From Dehalococcoidia bacterium (GTDB taxonomy: Bacteria > Chloroflexota > Dehalococcoidia > UBA2979), in the NCBI GenBank assembly GCA_050248355.1, contig JBFWSN010000002.1:210743-274742 (forward strand): DNA of 64,000 nucleotides, given 5' to 3'. Each line of letters starts with the position of its first letter. Within the stretch, counting starts at the first letter, position 1. Both the position numbers and the translations under genes were made by a program. The notes beneath the pieces were generated by a model that saw only the letters and a program-made list of their open reading frames with translations, did no database searches and had not been told where the DNA came from. Below are positions 18,400 through 28,091 of this stretch, piece after piece.

Positions 18400-19641
18400 G
18401 TGGTCGCGGCGACGGACCGTGCCGCGACCCGGGAGCGGCTGCGGCGGCTGATCCGGGAGATCGAGGAGCGGCCCGCCGCGCCACGGGTGGATACGCCTCG
18501 GGCCGTGGCACCGATGCCCGAGCGGCTACGATTTCAGGCGGAGTGGCGGGACGCGGACGGGGCTCTGGTGCGGGAGCAAGTCTATCCAGGCTCGTATGTC
18601 CATGGTGAGCACGTACTCGGATCACTCGGAGCAGTCGATGGACCGTTGTGCGCGCTCCTCGGCGGGGACGAGGAGCTCGCGCGAGCGCGCGTGGCCGACC
18701 TCGTGTTCCTCGACATCGAGGCGACGGGGCTCGGTGGCGCGGGGGCGATGGTCTTCCTTGTAGCGATGGGGCAGTGGGACGGCGCGGCGTTCCGCCTGAG
18801 ACAGTACCTTGCGCCGTCGCCACCCGCGGAGGGAGGACTGCTGCGCAAGCTGGTCGCTGACTGTCGGGCAGCGAGTCGCGAGCCGGTGCTCGTGACGTAC
18901 AACGGCGCCACGTACGACGCGCCCATGCTCGATGCGCGGGGAACGATGCACCGCCTCCGTACGGGGTTCGAGGGAATGGCACACCTCGATCTATTGAAGA
19001 CGGTGCGACGGGGGATTCGGGACGCGCTTCGTCCGCATCGTCTGTCGCACATCGAGGCTGTGATGCTGGGCGTGCGACGGCCGGAAGGGGAGGTCTCGGG
19101 AGCGGACGTGCCGGGGTGGTACTTCCGGTTCCTGCGCACGGGCGACACGCGGATGCTGACGCCGATCGTGGAGCACAACGCCGCCGATGTGCTGTCGCTG
19201 GCGGGATTGCTGGCTCGCCTCGGGACGGTGCACGCGCGGAACGAGGGGAGCGACCTCGAGCGGTTGCTGCTGGGAAGGCTGTACGCACGCGAGGGGCGGG
19301 AGGGCGAGGCGCGGCGGCACCTCGAGGCAGCCCGAGAGCGGGCGCAAAGCGCAACGTTGCGAGACACGCTGGCAATGGAGGTCGCTCGGCTATTACGTCG
19401 GGCGGGGCGGCGATCCGAGGCGGCGGCCCTGTGGCGGGAGGTAGCGGCTGGCGACGTGGCGGCGGGCGCCGCGCTCATCGAACTGGCCAAGCACCACGAG
19501 CACCACGAGCGCGACCTTGAGCGGGCGGTCGCGGCCGTCGAGCGGGCGCTCGCGCTGCGCGGGGCAGAAGCGGCGCTGGTGCATCGGCGGGCGCGGCTGT
19601 TGCGGAAGGCGGGGCGGGAAGCGCGAGCCGCGACTTCGTAG
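18400..19641 (+). CDS. mrfB: DEDDh 3'-5' exonuclease with C-terminal TPR-like repeats (MrfB/YprB-like). GTG start directly after the mrfA stop; an alternative ATG is near 18517.
   Basis: Exo motifs LVFLDIEATGL (DxE) and LVTYNGATYDAPML (Exo II). C-terminal alpha-helical TPR-like region. Length from the GTG start is 413 aa, the same as B. subtilis YprB. Confidence 0.6.
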   Translation: MVAATDRAATRERLRRLIREIEERPAAPRVDTPRAVAPMPERLRFQAEWRDADGALVREQVYPGSYVHGEHVLGSLGAVDGPLCALLGGDEELARARVADLVFLDIEATGLGGAGAMVFLVAMGQWDGAAFRLRQYLAPSPPAEGGLLRKLVADCRAASREPVLVTYNGATYDAPMLDARGTMHRLRTGFEGMAHLDLLKTVRRGIRDALRPHRLSHIEAVMLGVRRPEGEVSGADVPGWYFRFLRTGDTRMLTPIVEHNAADVLSLAGLLARLGTVHARNEGSDLERLLLGRLYAREGREGEARRHLEAARERAQSATLRDTLAMEVARLLRRAGRRSEAAALWREVAAGDVAAGAALIELAKHHEHHERDLERAVAAVERALALRGAEAALVHRRARLLRKAGREARAATS

Positions 19642-19722
19642 GCGGCGGCGCGACTATATTCGTGAACGTCGTCAGTCGGCGCCCGGGCGCGAACACGGGC
19701 GTGACGGGACTGCGGAGCACAG

Positions 19723-21003
19723 ATGCCTGAAGAACCTCGAGCGGCCGTGATGCAGCCCGGCGATGCGTGGGTGGTGGAGCCGTTGCCGCCCGTTTCGTGG
19801 CTGCCGGAGCGGCTATCGCCGGTGCGGTACCGCGACTTTCGCCTGCTGCTCGCGGGGCTGCTCATGGCGCTCAGCGGGTGGTGGATGATCATCGTCGCGC
19901 AGGGATGGCTGGTCTTGGAGCTAACCGACAGCGCGGCGGCCGTGACGCTCGTCGGCGCGATGTTGTCGCTGCCCTTCCTGTTCCTCGCGCCGCTGTCCGG
20001 GGTGATGGCTGACCGCCTGTATCGCAAGCATCTGCTCGTGGGGACGCGGTCCACGGTGGCGGTGCTGATGTTCATCGAGGGGGCACTCATCCTGTCGGGC
20101 CACATCGAGGTGTGGCAGATGGTCGTGCTCGCGTTCCTAGCGGGATGCGCCTTCGCCGCGGACATCCCGGCGCGGCAGTCGCTGATCCCGGACACCGTGC
20201 CACCGTCGCTGGTCGCGAACGCGGTGGCACTGAACGTCTCGATGTTCTCGATCACCACGATCGCGGGGCCGATTCTCGGCGCGGGGACGCTGGCGTGGGC
20301 CGGGGCAGGCGGCTGCTTCATCGCGAACGGGTTTGGGAACGCTGCGCTCGCCGCCTCGATCGCGTTGATGCGTGTGCCGAGGCGTCAGCGGGCCGGGCGT
20401 CTGAGCGTCAGCGGGGACTTCGTGAGTGGCCTGCGATACGTGCGGGGCCAGCGGGTCCTGCTGACGCTGCTGTCCGTCTCGCTCGTCGTGACGATGACCG
20501 GGCGGAACTGGCAGCAGCTTGCGCCGGTGTTCGTGCGGGATGTCTTCGACAGCGGTGAAGGCGGTCTCGGCTTGCTGTACACGATGGCGGGCATCGGTGC
20601 CGTAATCGGGGCGGCATTCCTCGTGGCCGTATCGCACTGGCGGCGGCGGGCCGGCTTGTACGGCGTCGGACTCACGGCGGCGTTCTTGGCGATCGCCTTG
20701 TTTGCGATCAGCCCGTCACTTGAGGTCGCGCTCGGCGCGGTGCTCGTTGTGGGAGTGGGGCTGCAAGTCACCGAGACGACGACGCAGACGGTGCTTCTCG
20801 TCGAGACGCCCGAGGAATTTCGGGGGCGCATGATGTCACTGTCGAGCCTGATCTGGGGGCTGCAGCCTCTTGGCGTGCTGGTCGCCGGGGTGATCGCGGA
20901 CGCCGCGAGCCCACAGGCCGCGATCCTGGCCGGCTGCGGAGCCGGGGTGACGCTCCTCGCGGCGCTGTACACGCGGACGCGGCGGGTGTGGGCGACGTTC
21001 TAA
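19723..21003 (+). CDS. MFS transporter (EntS/MFS_3-like)
   Basis: 12 predicted TM segments. N-terminal RYRDFRLLLAGLLMALSGWWM motif typical of the enterobactin-exporter-like MFS subgroup. Confidence 0.75.
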   Translation: MPEEPRAAVMQPGDAWVVEPLPPVSWLPERLSPVRYRDFRLLLAGLLMALSGWWMIIVAQGWLVLELTDSAAAVTLVGAMLSLPFLFLAPLSGVMADRLYRKHLLVGTRSTVAVLMFIEGALILSGHIEVWQMVVLAFLAGCAFAADIPARQSLIPDTVPPSLVANAVALNVSMFSITTIAGPILGAGTLAWAGAGGCFIANGFGNAALAASIALMRVPRRQRAGRLSVSGDFVSGLRYVRGQRVLLTLLSVSLVVTMTGRNWQQLAPVFVRDVFDSGEGGLGLLYTMAGIGAVIGAAFLVAVSHWRRRAGLYGVGLTAAFLAIALFAISPSLEVALGAVLVVGVGLQVTETTTQTVLLVETPEEFRGRMMSLSSLIWGLQPLGVLVAGVIADAASPQAAILAGCGAGVTLLAALYTRTRRVWATF

Positions 21004-21390
21004 GCTTCGCGACCTAGCGAGGCGTGCGAGTGGACGACGCGCCAGACACCGTCGTCCTCACGATGCCAGACAAGTGTGACACGGGCGGGCAGCGTCTCGC
21101 CGTCCGGGGTGACGACGGCCGGACGATCGACTGTCCAGCCGACGGAGCCCTCGACGAGGGCGAGCGCGTCGCCGGGGTGCCACGAGTACCGACCGTGCGC
21201 GCCGTCGAAAAACGGGCGTACGTCCTCGTTGTGGCGGCGCGAATCCGTCCAGTACTCGGAGGCGTCGGTGCCGATGAAAACGGAGTCGGCTTGGAGCGAA
21301 TAGAACGCCTCGACCGAGGCGGCGTTGCCACTCGACATCGCAGCGTACAGTTCGAGCAGGCGGCGGCGCAAAGCGGGGTCAAACTGCATG
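21000..21390 (-). CDS. SnoaL-like/NTF2-like domain protein
   Basis: Start reset to MQFDPALRRR. The roughly 130-aa alpha+beta cone pattern with conserved W/D residues fits the NTF2-like fold. The assignment is tentative. Confidence 0.45.
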
Positions 21391-21411
21391 GTAGCCCCCC
21401 GAATCGCGTGG

Positions 21412-22357
21412 CTAGAAGATCGCGATCGGGTTGACGGGCGACCCGGTCCCTCCGACGACCGCAAGCGGCGCAACGACGAGCATGAACTCCCAGCGGTCGA
21501 GCTCCTCGCAGGTCGCGGCCAGCGCGTCGAGGTCGGCATTGTCCAGCAGGGGCATCCCCATGTACGGGATCGCGATCTCATGGATCGGGATGCTCACGCC
21601 TCGGCCACCCATGGGGAGCCCGCCGGGGTAGGGCTGTCCGCCCGCATCGAGCAGGTCCCACACGAGGACGGATGCGTCCGTCTCGTAGAGGAATTCGAGC
21701 ATCGAGGCGTGGCCGCCGGGCATGCGTTCGATGTCGCCCATGCCGAAGTCCGGGGTCGCGGCGTAGAAGGCGTTCGCGCCCGACCGTACTACGACGGCGT
21801 CGCCGGGCGCGGGCTCGACGCCTTGGGCGGCGGCAATATCCTGGAGCTCCCAGCCATGGACCGGGTCCTCGAGGGTGACGTGGGAGGTGCCCCGGAACCG
21901 GGGCACATCGTAGAGGACGCCCCGGGTGACGAGACCCCCGGCGTAGGCGGAGACATCACCGCTCTTCGCGCCGTCCTCCGTCACGTCAGACGCCGGATGA
22001 CCGTTGTAGAGGGCGCCGCCCGGGCCACTGAAGATGTGGCAGAGGGCATCGAGGTGCGTGATCGACCAGCCGTGAAAGCTCAGGTCGAGCTGGTCGCCCG
22101 AACTGGCCTCGTTCACGCGCATCGTCTGCTTGAAGCCGGACGGCAAGTTCGCGCGGGTCGGCACGTTGAGCTCGAGGGCGAGCGAGACGGTGCTGCCGTC
22201 GCGGACGAGGCCTGCTGCGCGGCGGCGCACGTCCGGGGTGATGTGGTTCAGCGTACCGAGGCGGTCGTCGGCGCCCCAGCGGCCCCAGTTGCTGAAGCGT
22301 TCGCGGTAGGCGCCGTACTCCTCCGCGGTGGGCGGGGTGCGATTGGCGAGACTCATT
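21412..22357 (-). CDS. cyclase-family protein (kynurenine formamidase-like, PF04199)
   Basis: Start reset to MSLANRTPP, after GAGGAGG. HxGTHxDAxxH-like motif (HGWSITHLDALCH). Confidence 0.65.
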
Positions 22358-22372
22358 CGGGACCTCCTCAGG

Positions 22373-23675
22373 CTAGACGGTACGAAGCGACTTCCAGCCG
22401 GCGATGCAGCCGAGCAACAGGATGGCGGCCACCGAGAACGAGACGAGACAGGTGTTGGGCGCGCCCCACCTCGATACGGCCAGCCCCATCGGGAGCGCGC
22501 CGAGCGGATACAGCGCGAACGCCGTCTGAACGACACCGGTAACACGCCCGCGCATTTCGTTCACAGGCAACAGCTGCTGGAGCATCTGGAGCATCGTCTG
22601 GGCGATCGCGTGGGGCATGCCGCCGATCGCGAGGAGCGCGGCAGCCACCCAGAGGTTAGTCGCGCGCGTGAAGGCGATGAGGCAGAGGAAGTACAGCAGC
22701 AATCCAAACATGAGCGTCAACGCGCGATGCTCAACGCGGCGCATGAGCACAAGGCCGAAGAGGCCAAGGAGGGAACCGATGCCCGCAGCAGCGGCGAGGG
22801 TGCCATACCCGCCTGAGCCCGAGTCGAGTACGTCTGCCGCGAATACGGGCAGGAAGGCGAGGTACGGATAGACGAGGAGCGCGGTGAAGCTCATCACCAC
22901 CGTGAGCCCGAGCAGCCGGCGGTCCCGGGCCACGTAGACGAAGCCGTCACGGAGGTTGGCAAGCGGGTGCCCAGTGGCTCTCGTGCCCTGTCTCGTCTGC
23001 CTGCTAATCGGGACGGTGCTGAGCACGCCGAGCGTCATCATCGTGGCGATGAGGAGGAACGGGGCGGCTGTGCCCCAGAGGCCGATCAGCGCACCTGCGA
23101 GAGTTGGGCCGGTGATGCGCGTGACGTTCTGCATCATCGAATTCACGGCGATCGCATCGGGGAGCGCCTCGGGTCCGGTGACGTCATAGACGAACGCCTG
23201 GCGCGCGTTCTGGTTCGTCGTGCTGAGCACGGCGTCGACGGCGGCGAACACAAACACGTGCCATAAGGCGACGAGGTCCGTCAGGACGAGGAGTGCCAAC
23301 AGCAGCGCCTGCAGCCCGCTGAGGAACGTGGACGTCATGAGGATGGAGCGCCGGTGCCACCGGTCGAGGGCGACGCCAACGAACGGTCCGATCAGGAGTC
23401 GACCGAAGCCGCCAACGAAGTTGACGGCGGCGAGAGGAATCGCCGAGCGGCCGGTGAGGTCATAGGCGAGCCAGCTCAAGCCGATCATCTGGCCCCACTG
23501 GGCATACCCCGTGGCGATCGAAGACAAGAACAGGTAGCGGAAGTCGTGCTCACGCAGAACGCTGAGGGCAGCGAACCGTCCAGAGCGTGCTGCCGGCTCC
23601 GGAGCCGCGAGTTCAGGGGCGGTCGGGACGCGGACGGCGACAGTCGGGCGTACGGTCCTGGTGAGGCGCGCCATT
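22373..23675 (-). CDS. MFS transporter. Start uncertain; the track start is 23794.
   Basis: 12 TM segments and MFS_1-like motifs (GRLLIGPFVGVALDRWHRR). Confidence 0.7.
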
Positions 23676-23777
23676 CGAGGTGTTATAGCACCGACGCCGC
23701 TGGCCCGCTCGCCGCGGCATCCGTACGCGGTGAGCATGCGGATGCTACGCTCCATCGTAATCACCGGAGGGGGAACG

Positions 23778-24848
23778 ATGGCCGCGACAGTCATTCACGG
23801 GGAAGCCACGTTCGAGTGGCAGCGGGCGATGTTTCGGGGCGGCGACCTGTGGGCGCCGCTGGACGATGTGACGGCCTCGCTGGGATGGGAGCGAAAACCG
23901 GAGGGCATCTGTCGAGGCGACATTTGCATCCCGGTTCCGGAGGGGCAGGAGCGGCGTCTGCTCTCGGTGGACGAGCGGGAGATGAACCTCTCAGAGTTCG
24001 CGCAGCTGATCGAGCAGCCGGTGGCGGCCTCGGAGGCACGCGGCGTGGCGTACCTTGGATCGCCGTCCTGGGAGTGGCGGCACCCGCTGCCGGGCGGAGT
24101 GGCCCCCGACTTCGAGTTGCCTGACTTCGAAGGCCGGCTGCACCGGCTGTCGGACTACCGGGGCTCGAAGGTCTTCTTGCTCTGCTGGGCGTCGTGGTGC
24201 AGTTGCCGCCTCTGCCTTCCGATCTGGAAGGAACTGCGTGATGAGCTGCACGCGCAGGGATTCGAAGTGGTGGCCGTGGCCTGCGAGAGCAAAGGGCCAG
24301 AAGCGGCGCTGCCATGGGTCGAGGCTGCTGACGCCTCGTACCCGATGCTGCTCGACACCGAGCATCTCGTGCCGGAGCTGTTCAACACTCGGAACGTACC
24401 CGCCGCCTTCTGGATCGACGAGGAAGGCCGCGTGGTACGCGCGAACGACCCGATCTACGCCGAACGGCGGAACTTCCAGACAGGTGAGTTCGTGCGGAAT
24501 GAGGGGTACCTGAACGCCCTGCGGGACTGGGTAGCGCGGGGTTCGGACAGCGAGTTCGTACGCGGGGCACCGGGTCTCGAGAGCGTGATCGAGCAGACGT
24601 GGGAGAACGTCAGCGCACTGGCGCATTTCCGCCTCGGGCTGTGGCTCCACGAGCAGGGGCACGAAGAGGCAGCGACCGAGGAGTTCAAGCGGGCACACCA
24701 ACTCGAGCCGGCGAACTGGAACTACAAGCGTCAGGCCTGGAACCTCGACGGAATCGAAGAGTACGGGTACGAGAACGTGCTTCAGGCGATCCGCGATCCG
24801 GCCGCGCCGGAGTTCTACCGCCAGGTGGACATCGTCAATCAGTGGTGA
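23778..24848 (+). CDS. thioredoxin-fold TlpA/redoxin-like protein with a C-terminal extension
   Basis: Start at ATG 23778, after GGAGGGGGAA. WASWCSC thiol motif. Thioredoxin-fold core (FEVVAVACES...PAAFWIDEEGRVV). Confidence 0.6.
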   Translation: MAATVIHGEATFEWQRAMFRGGDLWAPLDDVTASLGWERKPEGICRGDICIPVPEGQERRLLSVDEREMNLSEFAQLIEQPVAASEARGVAYLGSPSWEWRHPLPGGVAPDFELPDFEGRLHRLSDYRGSKVFLLCWASWCSCRLCLPIWKELRDELHAQGFEVVAVACESKGPEAALPWVEAADASYPMLLDTEHLVPELFNTRNVPAAFWIDEEGRVVRANDPIYAERRNFQTGEFVRNEGYLNALRDWVARGSDSEFVRGAPGLESVIEQTWENVSALAHFRLGLWLHEQGHEEAATEEFKRAHQLEPANWNYKRQAWNLDGIEEYGYENVLQAIRDPAAPEFYRQVDIVNQW

Positions 24849-24887
24849 TGACCTGCGCCGAGGGGCGTGGGAGTGAGGAGGCACGCG

Positions 24888-25319
24888 ATGGGTGACATTC
24901 GGTTCCAGTACTTCTCGGTCGCGGTGCGCGACCTCGAAGAAGGGATGAAGCGCTACGAGCAGTTCTTCGGCCTGAAGCCGGTGGGCGAGATCATGGAGCA
25001 GCGCTGGGGCTTCCGCGGCGTGATGCTGGGGACGGACGAAGGCGCGGTCCTCGAGCTGATCTCGCCGATGCGGGAGGACAGCGCGCTCAAGCGGTTCATG
25101 GACATGCGCGAGGGTGACGCGTACCCGGACGGCGAGGGGCTGTATCTCGTCGGGATGCAGGTGGACGATCTGGCCGCGACGGTCGCCCGGATCGAGGCCG
25201 CCGGCGGGAAGATTACGCGCGAGGAGCAGTCTCCGAACGCGGCGTGGGTGCATCCGCTGTCGAACGGGAACGTGCTCGTGGAGTTGCTCGCCAGGCCGGA
25301 CGAGCAGCCCGAGGCCTAG
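24888..25319 (+). CDS. VOC-family (glyoxalase/MMCE-like) protein
   Basis: IRFQYFSVAVRDLEEGMKRYEQFFG VOC fold. GAGGAGG RBS. A paralog lies at 62392..62826 on the minus strand. Confidence 0.6.
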   Translation: MGDIRFQYFSVAVRDLEEGMKRYEQFFGLKPVGEIMEQRWGFRGVMLGTDEGAVLELISPMREDSALKRFMDMREGDAYPDGEGLYLVGMQVDDLAATVARIEAAGGKITREEQSPNAAWVHPLSNGNVLVELLARPDEQPEA

Positions 25320-25381
25320 ACTGGCGCTTGCCTCGGGTGCCGGCAGTCTCTACCGTCGGTAGGGAGGCGGCGCGCCGTCTG

Positions 25382-25455
25382 TGCCGGATGGTGTAACGGT
25401 AGCACACGGGACTTTGGATCCCTTGGTCAAGGTTCGAATCCTTGTCCGGCAGCCA
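25382..25455 (+). tRNA. tRNA-Gln (anticodon TTG)
   Basis: Hand-folded cloverleaf: acceptor TGCCGGA/TCCGGCA, D-arm GTGT-AACGGTA-GCAC, anticodon loop CTTTGGA, T-arm CAAGG-TTCGAAT-CCTTG, discriminator G, then CCA. The D-arm resembles actinobacterial tRNA-Gln. Confidence 0.6.
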
Positions 25456-25512
25456 CCGCTGCGCCTCGGCTTGCCCGGCAGTGAGGCATCCTGCACACTG
25501 AGTCGGCGACCT

Positions 25513-25588
25513 TCCCCGATAGCTCAATCGGTAGAGCGGGCGGCTGTTAACCGCTAGGTTCGAGGTTCGAGTCCTCGTCGGGGAGCCA
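25513..25588 (+). tRNA. tRNA-Asn (anticodon GTT)
   Basis: Acceptor TCCCCGA/TCGGGGA, D-arm GCTC-AATCGGTA-GAGC, anticodon loop CTGTTAA, T-arm CGAGG-TTCGAGT-CCTCG, encoded CCA. Confidence 0.8.
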
Positions 25589-27178
25589 ACCCAATGGCCC
25601 GATCCGTCGTTGCCCCTGGCTCCCTCCGCCAGGGGCAACGTTCACGTTTGTTGCAGCGTAGATCTCCAGTACGATCTGGCGCTGACCGACCTCGACGCGC
25701 TTCAACAGCAGCCTAAACAACTCCTTCTGCTCGTGGGGCCGGAGCTGGGCATATACCTCGTCCACTCGGGCGAGCGCCAGCCGGATCTGCTCCGCATCAG
25801 CCACTGACGCTTCGATCTCGGCGATCTGCTGGTCCAGGTCGGCGATGCCGTTGCGAAGGTCATCGCGCCGGGCCGAAAGGCCGCTCAGCCGCTCCTCAAC
25901 GAACGTGCGCGCCGTCTCCAGCGACGACCAACCCTCGAGCACGCGGTCCGCGTCTGCCGCGACCCGGGCGAGCTGCTTCACCAGCGTCTCGCGCTGCTTC
26001 CTGAGCTTCGGCAGCTCTCGCTGCCGGCGTCGGTTCGTCTCCGTCACGAGTGCCTCGACCATCGCGGGGTCTGATGCGAGCAGGCGCAGGCGGTCGAGGA
26101 CGGCGGCTTCCAGGCGGTCGGCAGGGACGCGCATCCCGCAGCCGGCCCGGCAGACGTAGTAGCAGTACTTCTTGCCCAGCCGGCCGACGCCGGAGCGGCC
26201 CTCGATCACGCCGCCACAGGCGCAGTGGGTGAGACCACCACTGAGGACATAAGTGTGAGCAACAGTCCTCACAGCACTGTGTCCGGTGCGGGCATTTGTC
26301 GACATAAGCGACTGCACACGGGCAAACAGGGCGGGATCTAGCACTCCCGGCCAGACGGCATCGACGAGCATCGGGCCGTCCGGTCCCGCGACCTCGCGTT
26401 TCCCGATGTAGGCGACGTTCCTCAGCATCTGCTGCAGGGTCGAGAACGTGAATTCCCCGCCCGGATGCACCTTGCCACGGCGTGAAGTGAATGACTTCGT
26501 GCGGTAGCCCGCGCGGTTGAGGCGGGAGAGGGCCTCGGCGATCGAGCCCACCTCGAGGTAGGTCTCGAACGCGAAGTTCACGCCCACCACCTCCGCCTCG
26601 TTAGGGAGGAGGTACCCCTTGCGCTCGGGATCGAGGTCGAACCCGAACAAGCGCCCGCCGTTCCAGAGTCCGCGCTCCGTGCGAGCAACGACCGCGTCGC
26701 GGGTGCGTTCAGATGTCTGCTCACGCTCGAATTGAGCGAGGGCCATCAGCACGGTGGTCATCAGGCGTCCACCCGCGGTGGTCGTGTCCACCTGCTCCTT
26801 GAGGGAACAGAACTCCACCCCGTGTTCGTGGAACAGCTCCATGAGCTCGAGGAAGTCACGGACATTGCGGCAGAAGCGGCTCAACGCCGTGCAGATCACC
26901 GTGTTCACCCGGCCGGCCCGGATGTCCTCAAACATACGCTCGAACTCCGGACTGCGCGCGGAGTCCTTCCCCGAGACGCCACGCAGTTCGTAGACCGCAG
27001 CCTCCTCCCAGGGCTCCCCGACCGTGTCGCGCTTGTAGGCGACCTGCTGTCGGAGCCGCTGGAGCTGAGTGGTCAGACTGCCCTCGGGGTTCGACGCCTG
27101 CATGTCCGTCGAGACGCGCACGACCAGTCCGACGCGACGGACGTCCTCGCGTTGCCGGCGAGCCTTCGCGACTACCAC
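25547..27178 (-). CDS. large serine recombinase (serine integrase). The final roughly 14 codons are the antisense of tRNA-Asn.
   Basis: N-terminal resolvase catalytic domain (LVVRVSTDMQ). Recombinase domain, Cys4 zinc ribbon (CACGG...CYYVCRAGC) and C-terminal coiled coil. The C-terminal peptide GWLPDEDSNLEPSG is the reverse complement of the tRNA-Asn T-arm/acceptor. Confidence 0.8.
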   Translation of the reverse strand: MVVAKARRQREDVRRVGLVVRVSTDMQASNPEGSLTTQLQRLRQQVAYKRDTVGEPWEEAAVYELRGVSGKDSARSPEFERMFEDIRAGRVNTVICTALSRFCRNVRDFLELMELFHEHGVEFCSLKEQVDTTTAGGRLMTTVLMALAQFEREQTSERTRDAVVARTERGLWNGGRLFGFDLDPERKGYLLPNEAEVVGVNFAFETYLEVGSIAEALSRLNRAGYRTKSFTSRRGKVHPGGEFTFSTLQQMLRNVAYIGKREVAGPDGPMLVDAVWPGVLDPALFARVQSLMSTNARTGHSAVRTVAHTYVLSGGLTHCACGGVIEGRSGVGRLGKKYCYYVCRAGCGMRVPADRLEAAVLDRLRLLASDPAMVEALVTETNRRRQRELPKLRKQRETLVKQLARVAADADRVLEGWSSLETARTFVEERLSGLSARRDDLRNGIADLDQQIAEIEASVADAEQIRLALARVDEVYAQLRPHEQKELFRLLLKRVEVGQRQIVLEIYAATNVNVAPGGGSQGQRRIGPLGWLPDEDSNLEPSG

Positions 27179-27354
27179 GGCGTCGGTCCCACGTCCGGAT
27201 ACACCGATACATCGCCGTCCGAGTCAACGGCCTGCGCACGTAGCCAGCGGTCGATCCCGGTCGCCAACAACTCGGTGAGACGGCGCTCGCGGTCGCACGC
27301 ATCGGAGTCATCGACGGGGCGAATCGCCACCTCGCGCTTCGTGTGTTCGTCCAT
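27172..27354 (-). CDS. small acidic hypothetical protein. Candidate recombination directionality factor; function unknown.
   Basis: ATG at 27354 preceded by GGTGGG. The 3' end overlaps the integrase start by 7 nt. Confidence 0.3.
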   Translation of the reverse strand: MDEHTKREVAIRPVDDSDACDRERRLTELLATGIDRWLRAQAVDSDGDVSVYPDVGPTPW

Positions 27355-27473
27355 GCCCACCTATACGTGGGCGGAGGCCGAAGTGTCGGAAATGAGGACG
27401 TGACCGACCTCCGCTGAACCTCCGGGAGTTCTCCGCCATCTGAACGGAGCCTGACGAGGAATAACTGAAGTGG

Positions 27474-28061
27474 GTGCCCAATTCAGCACCCACACCGGCG
27501 GACGGATTCGAATCCTGGGAACTGGAGGCGGCCTGGGCCGTTGTGCGGAGCTTCATCAGCGGTCGTGGTGGCCCTGTGGAAGGATGGACTGACGAGGATC
27601 TCGTGCACGAATGTCTCGTCCACTGGTGGCTACGGCGTCACCGCTATGATCCGGCGCGAGGCGCCAATCGGCGGACATTCCTGAACCGAGTGAGTGAAAA
27701 CCGTCTGCACGACATCGCCCGTGAAGTCCACGCCCAGCGCCGACGGCAGCCGGTCGGTTCTCGCTCGTTGGACGTGCCGGCAACTGACGACGGCGATGAC
27801 CTTGCCGACCTGATCGCCGCCGACGCACCCGAGCCCGAGGACGAGATGCTCACAAGCGAACTGGGTCGTCACCTCGCACGCGTGCGTGGCCGACTGACGC
27901 CCCGACAGCGTGTGATCTGGGACGCACTCGCGGCAGATCCAGGAAGATCGCGCACCGGACTCGCCCGTGACATCGGTATCTCGCGGGACACGTTGTACGA
28001 GGAGATCCGGCGCATCAGCGGTGTCTGTCGGGATGCCGGCCTTCGTGAGTTCCTCGACTGA
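27474..28061 (+). CDS. sigma-70 family (ECF-like) RNA polymerase sigma factor, GTG start
   Basis: Region-2-like segment (HWWLRRHRYDPARGANRRTFLNRVSENRLHDIAREV). Region-4 HTH (LTPRQRVIWDALAADPGRSRTGLARDIGISRDTLYEEIRRI). Confidence 0.6.
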   Translation: MPNSAPTPADGFESWELEAAWAVVRSFISGRGGPVEGWTDEDLVHECLVHWWLRRHRYDPARGANRRTFLNRVSENRLHDIAREVHAQRRRQPVGSRSLDVPATDDGDDLADLIAADAPEPEDEMLTSELGRHLARVRGRLTPRQRVIWDALAADPGRSRTGLARDIGISRDTLYEEIRRISGVCRDAGLREFLD

Positions 28062-28091
28062 TCCGACAGATCGACACCGTCTTCCGTATGG

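Noticed and set aside
16088-20321. Long minus-strand ORFs (16088-17275, 18167-19375, 18582-20321) and the plus-strand 16783-17709
   Set aside because: Antisense or off-frame to the mrfA, mrfB and MFS genes. Extreme Arg/Pro/Ala/Ser bias.
23991-25253. 420-aa minus-strand ORF
   Set aside because: Antisense to the TlpA-like and VOC genes. Arg/Pro/His-rich.
25213-25638. 141-aa minus-strand ORF spanning both tRNAs
   Set aside because: Its translation is the antisense of the tRNA-Gln and tRNA-Asn genes (…TRTSNL…, …DKDSNLDQG…). This is a classic tRNA-antisense artefact.
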